Positions 1-8,938 of a stretch of 64,000 nucleotides of DNA are shown here, piece by piece. Below the pieces are notes generated by a model. That model was given only the letters and a program-made list of their open reading frames with translations, was not told the DNA's origin and searched no databases. The DNA comes from an uncultured archaeon. GTDB lineage: Archaea > Iainarchaeota > Iainarchaeia > Iainarchaeales > GCA-2688035. The first letter of the stretch is position 1. Every line of letters starts with the position of its first letter. Position numbers and translations under genes: made by a program. The DNA lies in assembly GCA_964354805.1 (NCBI GenBank), contig CAYHBD010000008.1, forward strand, positions 1 through 64,000. Direction: 5' to 3'.

Positions 1-445
1 TCTCAGGCATCCTTGAAACAAACAAAACAATGTTCAAATTAATTGGGTGCAGTGCAAAAACCGCTGCAGCAATAAAAGAGAAAAAACCGTTTTCATCCTT
101 CAACAACTTCCTTGCAAGAAAAAAAACAAGAACACTATTCAGGGCGTGCAGAGCAAAATTGAATGCATGGAATGCAGTGAAATTCAATCCGGTGAACAGA
201 AAAATTATCCACCAAACAAGCGAAGAGAAAGGCCTATAGAAAAGGGTATAAATAACAGGGCCATCCGGCATAGTGAAAATTCTAAAAATCTCCCCTACGT
301 CAGTTCTGCTATGGAAAAGAAGTTTAGCAACAGCATCGAACTCCATTAATTGCATGCCGAAAAAGCTGCGAAAAGAAAACAATGCGATTAATGCAACAGC
401 AAAAGCAAGCAACAAAGCCCTGATTCTTAAATTAGGCCAAGCCAA
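1..445 (-). CDS. GT-C fold (TMTC/PMT-like) membrane glycosyltransferase, 5' part; runs off window start
   Basis: Manual translation from TTG at 445 (not in ORF track) gives ...FYRPFSSLVWW...FHAFNFALHALNSVLVFFLARKLL...AAAVFALHP..., the YRP / H-N-LH-N / FALHP pattern of TMTC/PMT_2-like proteins. Confidence 0.7.
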   Translation of the reverse strand, partial: MAWPNLRIRALLLAFAVALIALFSFRSFFGMQLMEFDAVAKLLFHSRTDVGEIFRIFTMPDGPVIYTLFYRPFSSLVWWIIFLFTGLNFTAFHAFNFALHALNSVLVFFLARKLLKDENGFFSFIAAAVFALHPINLNIVLFVSRMPE

Positions 446-464
446 AGCAAATGCGCCTCTTCAC

Positions 465-1100
465 TCATTTTTTCCCTTTCAAATAAGGCAGCACCCCGCC
501 TTTTCTTTCTGCTTCTTTAATCAGTTTTTTTGCAAAAAAAATTCTTTGAACCAACCCAATAAACGAGATGGATGCAACAATTAAAAGAGTCAATTGAATA
601 ACGCTGAAGCTGAAGAGGGTTGGGGAAAATGCTGCAATCAAAACCCCTGCCAAAAGCACTGCCAGTTTGTCACCTCTTTCGCCAATGCCTGGCCAGTCCC
701 TGTTATCGGTAACTATTACTAATGCAACCCTTGGCTTTGCATAAGAGGTGAGAAAACTACAGCCGAGCGCAAGCACTGTCTCAACCGGGAAAAGAAAAAC
801 AAAACAGCCGATTAAAATAAAGTCAACCATTTTATCAATTACTCCCTCAATGTAGTTGCCGAAAAATGATGCGCTGCCATTCTTTCTTGCAACAGCACCG
901 TCAATTGCATCCATTAGCACTGCAAGCAAGCCAAAAGGAAATGCAAGCAAAAAGTTTCCCTGTACTGCAAAGAAGGCGAACACGAAAGCAAAAGGCAGCG
1001 CAAGCAATGAAACAACTATGGCTGGAATCCTGCAAAAAACAAAGGGGGCTGCAAGCAGCGAAGCGATTTTGAGGGAACGCTTTCTAATCCTTGAAATCAA
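465..1100 (-). CDS. CDP-alcohol phosphatidyltransferase
   Basis: DAIDGAVAR...G...EGVID motif (DxxDGxxAR...GxxxDxxxD with one D to E change); hydrophobic; likely start TTG at 1100 rather than 1277, which overlaps the upstream gene. Confidence 0.85.
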   Translation of the reverse strand: MISRIRKRSLKIASLLAAPFVFCRIPAIVVSLLALPFAFVFAFFAVQGNFLLAFPFGLLAVLMDAIDGAVARKNGSASFFGNYIEGVIDKMVDFILIGCFVFLFPVETVLALGCSFLTSYAKPRVALVIVTDNRDWPGIGERGDKLAVLLAGVLIAAFSPTLFSFSVIQLTLLIVASISFIGLVQRIFFAKKLIKEAERKGGVLPYLKGKK

Positions 1101-1161
1101 AGTGAAAACACTTACGGAAAAAGAGGGGCAAAAAATAAAAAATGGTTGGATTAAACGAAAC

Positions 1162-2646
1162 TCATTTGCTCTTCTTTTTATACAGTGCAAACAGCCCTTT
1201 TTCAAAAATTTTTTCAAATCCTTTATCCAATTCCAGTTGGTATCCCGCTCTGTCGCCGTATGCCAGAACATAATCAAAATTTTTGGCGTGGCTTTCGTTA
1301 CTGTAGCGCCATGTTTGCCATGCAGGTGGAGCTATTTTGAAGGATTCATCTTTATAGTCAATTGGCCACATTTTTGTTAAACCAATGTAAGGCGCAACAC
1401 CGCCTTTTTCAATGAGATAATAACAGTAAGAGTGAAGCCATGAGGGGAAAAAACTGGCATCCCAATCAGATAGGGGCAGCAGCCTGCTGTCCATTTCAAC
1501 AAGATTGGTTGCAGAAACATGGTCGGCTATTCCCTGCTGTTGCTGCGAAAAAAACAAAAAAGCGCTGGCAACAGCGCAAACAGCTGCAAGCCCAACCAGT
1601 GGAATAAAAATTGTTTTAACCAACTTTTTTTGGGGCTCGCCAACTATTGCAATTGAAATAAAAAGCAAAAAAAGCGCCAGCCTGCTGGTTATAAAACCGT
1701 AAGAGCCCATCCAGGAAGGCAGCAGCAAAGACAATAAAAGCCCGAAAACAACAGAAGCAAAAAACCCAGCCTTAATGTGCCCCCTGAAATGAATTCTTTT
1801 ACTTTTTTTGACCAAAAACAATTCGCATGCAGCAGCACCCAAAGCAAGAAAAGCAAAAACCATTGATGCCCTGCCTAAATCATTCCCGATTGGCGCTAAT
1901 AAAAACCAAAAATCATCCCACTTATGCCAAAGATTTGACCAAGTAATTGGCAGAAAACTTGAATCATTGCTGGCTGTTGCAAAAAAGAAAAGCGCTGCTG
2001 CAGCAAAAGCCAAGGCAAAATGCGAGATTGAGGCAACAATCGCTTTTGGTTTATTGAAATAAAAAAAAGCCGCAACAGCTGTTATGAAAAAGAGGAAAAA
2101 AAACACCATCAAATGCGACAAAAACACAAGCAGCCCCAATGCAGAAAGAATTGCCATTTCCCGCAGACACTTTTTCCCAAGGCTTTTTTGCGAAGCAAAA
2201 AAGGCTTTCTCAATGTTTCTTGCCCAATAGCCGAGCGCAAAAAATGAAATTGACACAGCAAGCAAAAAATTTATGAAACCAGCAACAAAAGGGACAGTGA
2301 AAAGAAATACAACGGCAAAAAAAGGCAGCCAATTGTTCCGCTTGTTCAATGAACCAAAAAAGTATCGTGTGCCAAAAGCAAACAATGCAATCAGCACGCT
2401 CAGAAAAACCTTTCCAGCAACAAAAATCGGCATAAAAAAATTCAATGCAGCAATCAAAAAGTGCCCCAGAGAATTCGGCACAGCCAAAAGATTCAACTCA
2501 AAAAAACCCTCAAAACCCCTGCCCCCATTCTTAATTACATGGGCAATAAGCAAATGCCGCGGGTAATCGGTAAGAGGCACAAACTCAAAAACCCACACTG
2601 GGGCAATGCACAGCAAAACAAACAAAGCAAACAATTTGGGGCTCAT
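1162..2646 (-). CDS. Multi-pass membrane protein, probable GT-C superfamily glycosyltransferase
   Basis: PLTDYPRH motif after first TM helix, ~11 hydrophobic segments, soluble C-terminal domain; contains in-frame hairpin repeat at 2171-2208. Confidence 0.55.
   Translation of the reverse strand: MSPKLFALFVLLCIAPVWVFEFVPLTDYPRHLLIAHVIKNGGRGFEGFFELNLLAVPNSLGHFLIAALNFFMPIFVAGKVFLSVLIALFAFGTRYFFGSLNKRNNWLPFFAVVFLFTVPFVAGFINFLLAVSISFFALGYWARNIEKAFFASQKSLGKKCLREMAILSALGLLVFLSHLMVFFFLFFITAVAAFFYFNKPKAIVASISHFALAFAAAALFFFATASNDSSFLPITWSNLWHKWDDFWFLLAPIGNDLGRASMVFAFLALGAAACELFLVKKSKRIHFRGHIKAGFFASVVFGLLLSLLLPSWMGSYGFITSRLALFLLFISIAIVGEPQKKLVKTIFIPLVGLAAVCAVASAFLFFSQQQQGIADHVSATNLVEMDSRLLPLSDWDASFFPSWLHSYCYYLIEKGGVAPYIGLTKMWPIDYKDESFKIAPPAWQTWRYSNESHAKNFDYVLAYGDRAGYQLELDKGFEKIFEKGLFALYKKKSK
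2171..2208. repeat. REP-like hairpin unit, in-frame in CDS
   Basis: TTTTTCCC AAGGCTTTTTTGC GAA GCAAAAAAGGCTT; encodes KAFFASQKSLGKK. Confidence 0.85.
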
Positions 2647-2696
2647 TAAAAAAAACTACCATAAAAAAGAATAAAAAAGCAACAATTGCCCCGCAT

Positions 2697-3242
2697 CTAA
2701 TAGGGGCAATCGCTTGGGCAGGTGTAATTGTTCTCGGTGCCAGTGCAATAGCCATCGCCGCAGTAGGCGCCTGCCCCCTGTTTGGTTCCGCTAACTGTCA
2801 CCTTTCTTGCCATATTTGCGTAGTCCGTGTAATTAATATCAATTCTTCCAGTGCCACTGCCAACGTATTTGATTTCAGTGAACCGCAGTTCGCCGCCTGC
2901 AATGACATTAATTGCCGGAGAAATGTCCGCACCAGAAGTAAATGTTGTGCCATTCAATTTGCATCCGTAAAAAACAGCGTTGTCCAAAGTGACTTTGGTT
3001 ACAGAGATCCTGCCGCCGGTGATGTTCTGCAAAATGACTTCAACGAAGCCTTTTGCGGCATCATACGAGCTTCCCTTAACCGGCATTTTGGTTGGCTCAC
3101 TGCTGGTGAAAGAAATTTGCCCACTCGGCGTTCCAATAAGGATCACAAAAACCCCGATTATGGTGGCAATTAATACCAACGCCCAGCCATAGGTCATTAA
3201 ATACTCCAAGCCGGCCTGGGCTTTCTTTTTTGCCTTCTTCAT
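2697..3242 (-). CDS. Type IV pilin (class III signal peptide) with C-terminal Cys-rich motif
   Basis: MKKAKKKA|QAGLEYLMTYGWAL (Q+1, E+5) then hydrophobic helix; ends CGDGYCTGTENNYTCPSDC. Confidence 0.9.
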   Translation of the reverse strand: MKKAKKKAQAGLEYLMTYGWALVLIATIIGVFVILIGTPSGQISFTSSEPTKMPVKGSSYDAAKGFVEVILQNITGGRISVTKVTLDNAVFYGCKLNGTTFTSGADISPAINVIAGGELRFTEIKYVGSGTGRIDINYTDYANMARKVTVSGTKQGAGAYCGDGYCTGTENNYTCPSDCPY

Positions 3243-3362
3243 AGCAAATAATTAATAACGCAAGTTGTATTTAAATTTGTTTTTCTCAGCAATCCGGCAA
3301 AAAAAGTTCAAAAAAAAAATCAAAATGAACAAAAAAAAATTCTGCTGTGCCAAAGCCAAGGG

Positions 3363-4010
3363 CTATCGCGCGCCCTTTTTGCCGGTAATTGTAAGCGTTC
3401 TCGAAAACGCTGTTTCGTCTTTGTAGGTCACTGTAATTGTTCCAACGCCGCCGGGGGTGTATTTAATGTTTGAAAACCTCATTTCATCGCCTGGCCCCAC
3501 ATCAAGAGAGCTCGTTGTAAAGGTGCTACAGACTTTGTCGTTTAATTTTGATTGTGTGCTACATTGACCACCTGCGGGATCACTAAAACTAGGATTTAAA
3601 GAAAAACCAGTAACAGTGATTGTGCCGCCGCTGGCATTCTTTAAGGCAACGCTTACATTGTTTGCTGCATCAATGTTGCCGCCTCCTACAAGTGGGAACT
3701 CTGTTGGCTGGGAGGAATTGAAAACAGGGGTTTCAATCGGGCCGCCAAAAAGAAGCACAACTACACCAACTATGGTGGCAACCAGCACAAGCGCCCAGCT
3801 GTAAGTGAGCAGATATTCCAGGCTGATTTGGGCTCTGCAATCGCTTTGCGATTGCACTTTTTCCCATCCTGCAAAAGCTTCGCTTTTGCGGGACCTCGCA
3901 AAACCTTCGGTTTTGCAAGGAGGCTTTTTTGCAACAGCAAAAAAGGCTTTGCCGTTAGGCTCTTTTTCCCAAGGCTTTATTGCAACAGCAAAAAAGGCTT
4001 TTTTCATCAT
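3363..4010 (-). CDS. Type IV pilin paralog, signal peptide extended by repeat insertions
   Basis: ...CRA|QISLEYLLTYSWAL; mature part homologous to neighbours (FNSSQPT, LKNASGGTITVT, RTLTITG). Confidence 0.85.
   Translation of the reverse strand: MMKKAFFAVAIKPWEKEPNGKAFFAVAKKPPCKTEGFARSRKSEAFAGWEKVQSQSDCRAQISLEYLLTYSWALVLVATIVGVVVLLFGGPIETPVFNSSQPTEFPLVGGGNIDAANNVSVALKNASGGTITVTGFSLNPSFSDPAGGQCSTQSKLNDKVCSTFTTSSLDVGPGDEMRFSNIKYTPGGVGTITVTYKDETAFSRTLTITGKKGAR
3836..4004. repeat. Composite REP-like hairpin cluster inside pilin signal peptide
   Basis: Six consecutive hairpins including two AGGCTTT..GCAACAGC..AAAGGC units. Confidence 0.85.
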
Positions 4011-4082
4011 AGCAAATATAATAGAGAGTGCTTGTATTTAAATTTTTTCAATGCAGGAATCCGCGCCCCTGAACAAAAATAC

Positions 4083-4679
4083 TTACCCTTTTCCTTTTCT
4101 TCCGGTAATTGTAAGTGTTCTACTAAAGTTGTGGACGTCTGTGTAATCCATTGTGATTGTCCCACTGCCAGTACCGCCATAGGTGATGCTTTCAAATTTT
4201 AGGTCGCCACCTGAAATCACCTGAATTGCGGGAGAAATAGTGGCCGCAGAAGTGAATAGGCTCCCATTAAATTTACATGCAGAAGCAGGAGCTGGTCCGC
4301 ATCCAGAGAAAGTTCCTGAAACAGTGATTTTTGTAACAGTGATTTTGCCCCCGGTCACATTTTTTACTATAACGCTGGCTTTGTTTGAGCCATCGATTGT
4401 GCCGCCCATTACAGGGAACTTTGTTGATTGACTGCTGTTAAATACAGGGGCATCAGCCGGTGTTCCAACAATCATCACAAACACTCCAACTATGGTGGCA
4501 ACCAATACAAGCGCCCAGCCGTAAGTGAGCAGATACTCCAAACCAGCCTGAGCTCTCGCCGTAAGGCGTTTTTTCCCAATGGTTTTTTGCAACAGTAAAA
4601 AAGGCTTTGCCGAAGGCACTTTTTCCCAAGGCTTTTTTCCCAAAGGAAAAAAGGCTTTTGGATTCATTTGGAAAACCAA
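4083..4679 (-). CDS. Type IV pilin paralog, signal peptide extended by repeat insertions
   Basis: ...ARA|QAGLEYLLTYGWAL; start TTG 4679 or ATG 4667. Confidence 0.85.
   Translation of the reverse strand: MVFQMNPKAFFPLGKKPWEKVPSAKPFLLLQKTIGKKRLTARAQAGLEYLLTYGWALVLVATIVGVFVMIVGTPADAPVFNSSQSTKFPVMGGTIDGSNKASVIVKNVTGGKITVTKITVSGTFSGCGPAPASACKFNGSLFTSAATISPAIQVISGGDLKFESITYGGTGSGTITMDYTDVHNFSRTLTITGRKGKG
4557..4659. repeat. REP-like hairpin cluster (two units) inside pilin signal peptide
   Basis: TTTTTCCCAATGGTTTTTTGCAACAGTAAAAAAGGC, TGCCGAAGGCA spacer hairpin, TTTTTCCCAAGGCTTTTTTCCCAAAGGAAAAAAGGC. Confidence 0.85.
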
Positions 4680-4788
4680 TTAGATATAGTACGACGCGGT
4701 ATTTAATTCTTTTTTTTACTCAAAAATGGGAATTTGTTCTGGGGCAAAGAATAAAAACCCTGAAAGCGTTTATTGCTTTGGTTTTGTG

Positions 4789-5763
4789 ATGGCTTTTGAT
4801 GTTGTTTGCGTTGGAAATGCCACGATTGATGTGTTCATTCAGTTAAAGGGCGAGGTTCAGGGCTGTAATTTGCTTTTGCCTGTTGGGGCAAAGAAGGAGA
4901 TTGACAGCATTTTTTACAGCACCGGCGGCGGCGCGACAAACACCGCTGTTGGATTCAAGAGGCTTGGGCTGAATACTGCCGTTCTTGCGGCTGTTGGAAA
5001 AGATTTTGAGGGAAAAATCGTTTTGAACGAGTTGAGGAAAGAGAAAATCAACACAAAGCTTATTGCAAGGCTGCCTGGCTTCAATACTTCTTACAGCGCG
5101 ATTTTAACAGGCTTTGGCGCCGACAGAATCATTCTCACTTACGGCGGCGCAACAACCCATTTGGGTGAGGAAAGGCAGGTCAGGTGGGGCATGCTGTCTC
5201 AGGCAAAGTGGCTGCATATAACCTCCTTTCACTCAAAGCCGCACTTGCTGGAAAAGGTTTTGGCGTTCTCAGAGCAAAAGCAGGTGCCTGTTTCATTCAA
5301 TCCGGGAATGAGCGAAATAAAGCTTGGCCTGCAAAAGTTGCTGCCATTGCTGCAACGTGTTGATGTTCTGCTGTTGAACAGGGCTGAGGCAGCTTTTTTG
5401 ACAAGGGAAACAAAAATTGAAAAAATTCTGCGAAAGCTGCAGGCGATTGTTCCGCTTGTTGTTGTAACAGAGGGTAGGCAGGGAGCGCATGCAACGAACG
5501 GCGCTTATTATTATTTCAAGCCGACCTATAAAGTGAAAATCGCTGACACAACAGGCGCCGGCGATGCTTTCCACTGCGGTTTTGTAGCAGCAATAATCAA
5601 GGGATTGCCTGTTGAGAAAGCAATGTCGTGGGGGAATGCGAACGCGCAGAGCGTGATAATGTATTTGGGCGCAAAAAACAAGCTGTTGTCATTGCATGAA
5701 ATTGAGGCGTTCATAAGAGAGCATGAAACCAACAAAACGGCGACAGTGAAGAGAGAAATTTGA
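4789..5763 (+). CDS. PfkB/ribokinase-family carbohydrate kinase
   Basis: GGGATNTA and DTTGAGDAF signature motifs; start at ATG 4789 (MAFDVVCVG). Confidence 0.92.
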   Translation: MAFDVVCVGNATIDVFIQLKGEVQGCNLLLPVGAKKEIDSIFYSTGGGATNTAVGFKRLGLNTAVLAAVGKDFEGKIVLNELRKEKINTKLIARLPGFNTSYSAILTGFGADRIILTYGGATTHLGEERQVRWGMLSQAKWLHITSFHSKPHLLEKVLAFSEQKQVPVSFNPGMSEIKLGLQKLLPLLQRVDVLLLNRAEAAFLTRETKIEKILRKLQAIVPLVVVTEGRQGAHATNGAYYYFKPTYKVKIADTTGAGDAFHCGFVAAIIKGLPVEKAMSWGNANAQSVIMYLGAKNKLLSLHEIEAFIREHETNKTATVKREI

Positions 5764-5826
5764 AATCATTAAATTGCGCAAAACTAAAAAAAATTGCGGC
5801 AGTGAAGAAGGAGATTTGAAATTAAA

Positions 5827-6252
5827 TTAATTTAGGCTGTTTTGCTGCAGAAATTGCTTTGCTTTCAGCAGGACGCTCCTGCTGTTTTTGAACGTTATTT
5901 TTTTTGCTGCCTGCTCGAAGGGCAGCCACTGGAATCCCTTGTGCTCGCTGCTCAATTTTATTTTTTCCTCTCTTGTTTCAAGCAAATAAAAAACCACTTC
6001 CTTGAAAATCGTCTGCCCTTCTCTCCTGAAAAAATAGCTCGTCTGCTGCTTGAAGCCAGCCACGAGTTCAACACTTGTTATGCCTGTCTCTTCCTGCACT
6101 TCCCTCAGCAGGGTTTGCTGCTCTGTTTCATTCTGCTCCATGTGCCCTTTGGGAAAATCCCAGTGGCCTGCATCATAGTGCAGCAACAAAAACAATTGCT
6201 CGTTGCCCTGCTGCCTGAAAACAACTGCCCCAACGCTTTTCTCTTTCGGCAT
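5827..6252 (-). CDS. Nudix hydrolase, Ap4A hydrolase-like
   Basis: HWDFPKGH...ETEQQTLLREVQEETG Nudix box; LSSEH motif. Confidence 0.9.
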   Translation of the reverse strand: MPKEKSVGAVVFRQQGNEQLFLLLHYDAGHWDFPKGHMEQNETEQQTLLREVQEETGITSVELVAGFKQQTSYFFRREGQTIFKEVVFYLLETREEKIKLSSEHKGFQWLPFEQAAKKITFKNSRSVLLKAKQFLQQNSLN

Positions 6253-6366
6253 CCTGGGAAAAATAGGTGAAAATAATTTATATTACAATGCGTGCAGGCT
6301 GATGCGAGCATTAGCGAGCATGTTCAATTGCGGAGCAATTGAACGACGATGCCATATGTCAATTGG

Positions 6367-7026
6367 CTACATGAACTGCTCGTAGGTTGAGTGGTTGAAT
6401 TTGTACAGGAAGCGCTTGATTTTTGCTTTTTTGAATGAGTATTTTTGCAGCGCCTCTTCTTTTGTTCCGGAAAAATCATGGAAGCCATGCTGCTGGCTTG
6501 GGTCCAGGATGAAGAATTTTTCGTTGAATTCTGTTGCAACGAAAGCGTGGGTGCGCAGGTTGTTTAATTCCGCTATTACAACCGCTGCCTTTTCATCGCC
6601 CAGCCCAAGCAGCAGGGAGCACAAGAAAACAGCCAGGTCTTCATCGTCTCCGATTTTCAGGCTGAAAACCTCTTTTGCCGTCAGCCAGTAATTCAGGTTC
6701 ATTTCAGGGTCAACGTAGTCGATTTCCCTTGCAACAAGCTGGAAAACCTGCTCTGCAACCTGCAGGTAATTCGCCTGGAAATCAAACCCTTCCTTTTTGA
6801 AATCAGCCAAAATCGACTGGATTGTCAGGTCATCGGCATTTACCAGGCCCTTTATTTCACCGATTGTCCTTGTCTCATGCTCGTTGATTAAATCAGCATA
6901 TTTTTCCAGCAGCAGCCTGTATAATTTGAATTGCAAATCCTTTTTCGGCTTCAGCTGCTTTTCCTGCTCTGCCGGCTGACCAAGCCCTGCCAGCCCCTCT
7001 TCTTTTTCATTCTGCATATAAGCCAT
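6367..7026 (-). CDS. Transglutaminase-like fold protein, catalytic Cys apparently replaced
   Basis: IDY...YW...E...GDDEDLAVFLCSLL...HAF...ILDP resembles GDCED...H...D triad family. Confidence 0.6.
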   Translation of the reverse strand: MAYMQNEKEEGLAGLGQPAEQEKQLKPKKDLQFKLYRLLLEKYADLINEHETRTIGEIKGLVNADDLTIQSILADFKKEGFDFQANYLQVAEQVFQLVAREIDYVDPEMNLNYWLTAKEVFSLKIGDDEDLAVFLCSLLLGLGDEKAAVVIAELNNLRTHAFVATEFNEKFFILDPSQQHGFHDFSGTKEEALQKYSFKKAKIKRFLYKFNHSTYEQFM

Positions 7027-7033
7027 TTTAAAG

Positions 7034-7130
7034 TTTTTCCCAAGGCTTTTTCACCGCGTGAAAAAGGCTTTGCAATTGCGAAGCAATTGCCCTTTTCCCA
7101 AGGCTTTTTCACTGGGTGAAAAAGGCTTTT
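7034..7130. repeat. REP-like hairpin cluster (two units), intergenic
   Basis: Two TTTTCCCAAGGCTTTTTCAC-N3-GTGAAAAAGGCTT units separated by GCAATTGCGAAGCAATTGC hairpin. Confidence 0.9.
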
Positions 7131-7253
7131 TTTAATAAATAGGGGCTGAAAATTGATTTAAAGGCAATTGTTGGACGCAATTAAGCGGTTTTTAGGCAAC
7201 TGATTTCTACATAATTTTATTTATTTTGTTGGAATAACAAGCAGCATTTGGCT

Positions 7254-7319
7254 TGTGAAAAACTTAAATACACCAAATTTCCGGTCGGCGCTCAAATGTG
7301 AAAAACTTAAATACACCAA
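7254..7319 (+). promoter_or_regulatory. Duplicated BRE/TATA promoter of pilin cassette A
   Basis: Perfect 23-bp direct repeat TGTGAAAAACTTAAATACACCAA at 7254-7276 and 7297-7319; ATG 25 nt after second TATA-like box. Confidence 0.65.
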
Positions 7320-7338
7320 TCTTCATTATATTGACAAT

Positions 7339-7896
7339 ATGTTAGTGGAAAGAGCGCAGGTTGCAACAGAGTACCTGATTATAACAATTTTTCTTTTAGC
7401 CATAATAACAATCACCTTTGCTTACTCTTTCATCAACTACGACCAGAACATTAAAATAACGCAGGCAAACAATGCAATTGACTCATTGATAAACAAAGCA
7501 GACTATGTCTACTCGCTCGGCCCGGAAAACAGCCAGTTCACCTGGATAACGCTGCCGATTGGAACAAAATCAATCAGCATAACACATGTATGCACTACCG
7601 CCGGCCAAAAGCTGCCATGGGAAGCTTGCCCTCTTAATGACCCAATTAAGTTCAGCGCAATTAATTTAACAGTCAGCCTGATTGGCGGCGATGCAACAAT
7701 CAGCTGGCCTTCAAAGGCGCCGCTTGAACTTGTTAGTGATGCCCTGCCAGCCAAACCATTTCCTTGCACTAGTGACCCAACTTTCTGCGATGGAACATAC
7801 AAAATCAGGGTGTGCTGGAACAGGGACCTTTCAGTTGGCGGCAGCGATTTGTGCAGCGGTTGCTCTAATGACAAAATTTGCTTGAAGAAGGTTTGA
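7339..7896 (+). CDS. Minor pilin A1 (class III signal peptide)
   Basis: MLVERA|QVATEYL + hydrophobic helix; paralog of 13994-14650. Confidence 0.85.
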   Translation: MLVERAQVATEYLIITIFLLAIITITFAYSFINYDQNIKITQANNAIDSLINKADYVYSLGPENSQFTWITLPIGTKSISITHVCTTAGQKLPWEACPLNDPIKFSAINLTVSLIGGDATISWPSKAPLELVSDALPAKPFPCTSDPTFCDGTYKIRVCWNRDLSVGGSDLCSGCSNDKICLKKV

Positions 7897-7966
7897 GGCA
7901 AGCAAGCGCAGAATTTTTTGGGCAAAAATGTATTTATGGGAAATTTTTTTAAAGAAGGTTTAGGCA

Positions 7967-8365
7967 ATGTTATCTCAGAAGGGGCAAAGTGTTGAGGAAG
8001 TTATTGGAATTGTGGTAGTCATTCTAGTTTTTTTTGTGCTTGTTCTTGTGGTTGTTTTGCAGAGGAACAGCGAAACCGAGATGATTGCAAAAATTGCTGA
8101 GAACACTATTCAGTGCAATGCAGTCAGTGAAACAATTGTGGATTTATTCAACAACAGGGCAAAAAGCGAACAGGTTTTGTTCATTAAAAAACCAATCGCA
8201 ATAAAACCAAATGTGATTTTTGTCGACGACAACAGCATCAGCTGCACATACAATGGAATTGCCAAAGACAGCGCTGGCTTGCATGAATTCAGTTTAAGCG
8301 CACAGCAGCAATACAGGTTCTGGAAAGGAAACGGGGAAGTGATTGTCTGTGCCATGCCGTGCTGA
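7967..8365 (+). CDS. Minor pilin A2
   Basis: MLSQKG|QSVEE + hydrophobic helix; paralog of 14616-15182. Confidence 0.8.
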   Translation: MLSQKGQSVEEVIGIVVVILVFFVLVLVVVLQRNSETEMIAKIAENTIQCNAVSETIVDLFNNRAKSEQVLFIKKPIAIKPNVIFVDDNSISCTYNGIAKDSAGLHEFSLSAQQQYRFWKGNGEVIVCAMPC

Positions 8366-8380
8366 CAGGGGGCAATTGCA

Positions 8381-8938
8381 ATGAATTTTGCAGAAGCATT
8401 GTATGCAAAGCAGGCAAACGCCAAGGGCCAGGGCATGGCGATTGATTTTCTTTTTGCTGTGCTGATTTTTCTTCTCTTGCTTAACACTGTTCTTTCGCTT
8501 TGGTCAGGCAACAGCAAATCCTTTGAAAAAGAAGCTTTGTTAAGCGACTTGGGTTCAAGGGCAAGCCAGGCAATTGATTTGCTTGTAAGGGACAGCGGCA
8601 CTCCAAATGATTGGGAAACAAGAACAATTGATGATGTAAACGTAATCGGTTTGGCTAAAACAGACAGGGTTTTGGATGGCGAAAAGGTTGCGAAATTCAC
8701 TGCTTGGGCGCAAAATTTTTGGTCGGATGACTACAATAAGGTCAGGCAGAAAATGCTGCTGGCAAGCGATTTCTATTTCAGGTTAAGTGATGAAGACGGC
8801 TTGGTGCTTGCCCAAACAGCTTTGCCTCCAACAGAACTGCAAGACAAGTGGTGGGTTATTAATGTTAAAAGAATAGTAAAGTATGGAGGTGACGCTGCAA
8901 TTGCCGAGATATCATTGTATCACCCAAAATACCCGTAA
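8381..8938 (+). CDS. Minor pilin A3
   Basis: KG|QGMAIDFLFAV; GTPNDWE...IGLA...VLD motif; paralog of 15259-16605. Confidence 0.8.
   Translation: MNFAEALYAKQANAKGQGMAIDFLFAVLIFLLLLNTVLSLWSGNSKSFEKEALLSDLGSRASQAIDLLVRDSGTPNDWETRTIDDVNVIGLAKTDRVLDGEKVAKFTAWAQNFWSDDYNKVRQKMLLASDFYFRLSDEDGLVLAQTALPPTELQDKWWVINVKRIVKYGGDAAIAEISLYHPKYP

Noticed and set aside
1101-1277. N-terminal extension of the CDP-alcohol phosphatidyltransferase ORF
   Set aside because: Overlaps the upstream gene by >100 nt; a family-like N-terminus begins at TTG 1100
7034-7130. Hairpin clusters as mini-CRISPR arrays
   Set aside because: Only 2-3 units, variable inner sequence, spacers are short and themselves palindromic, and copies are dispersed and intragenic
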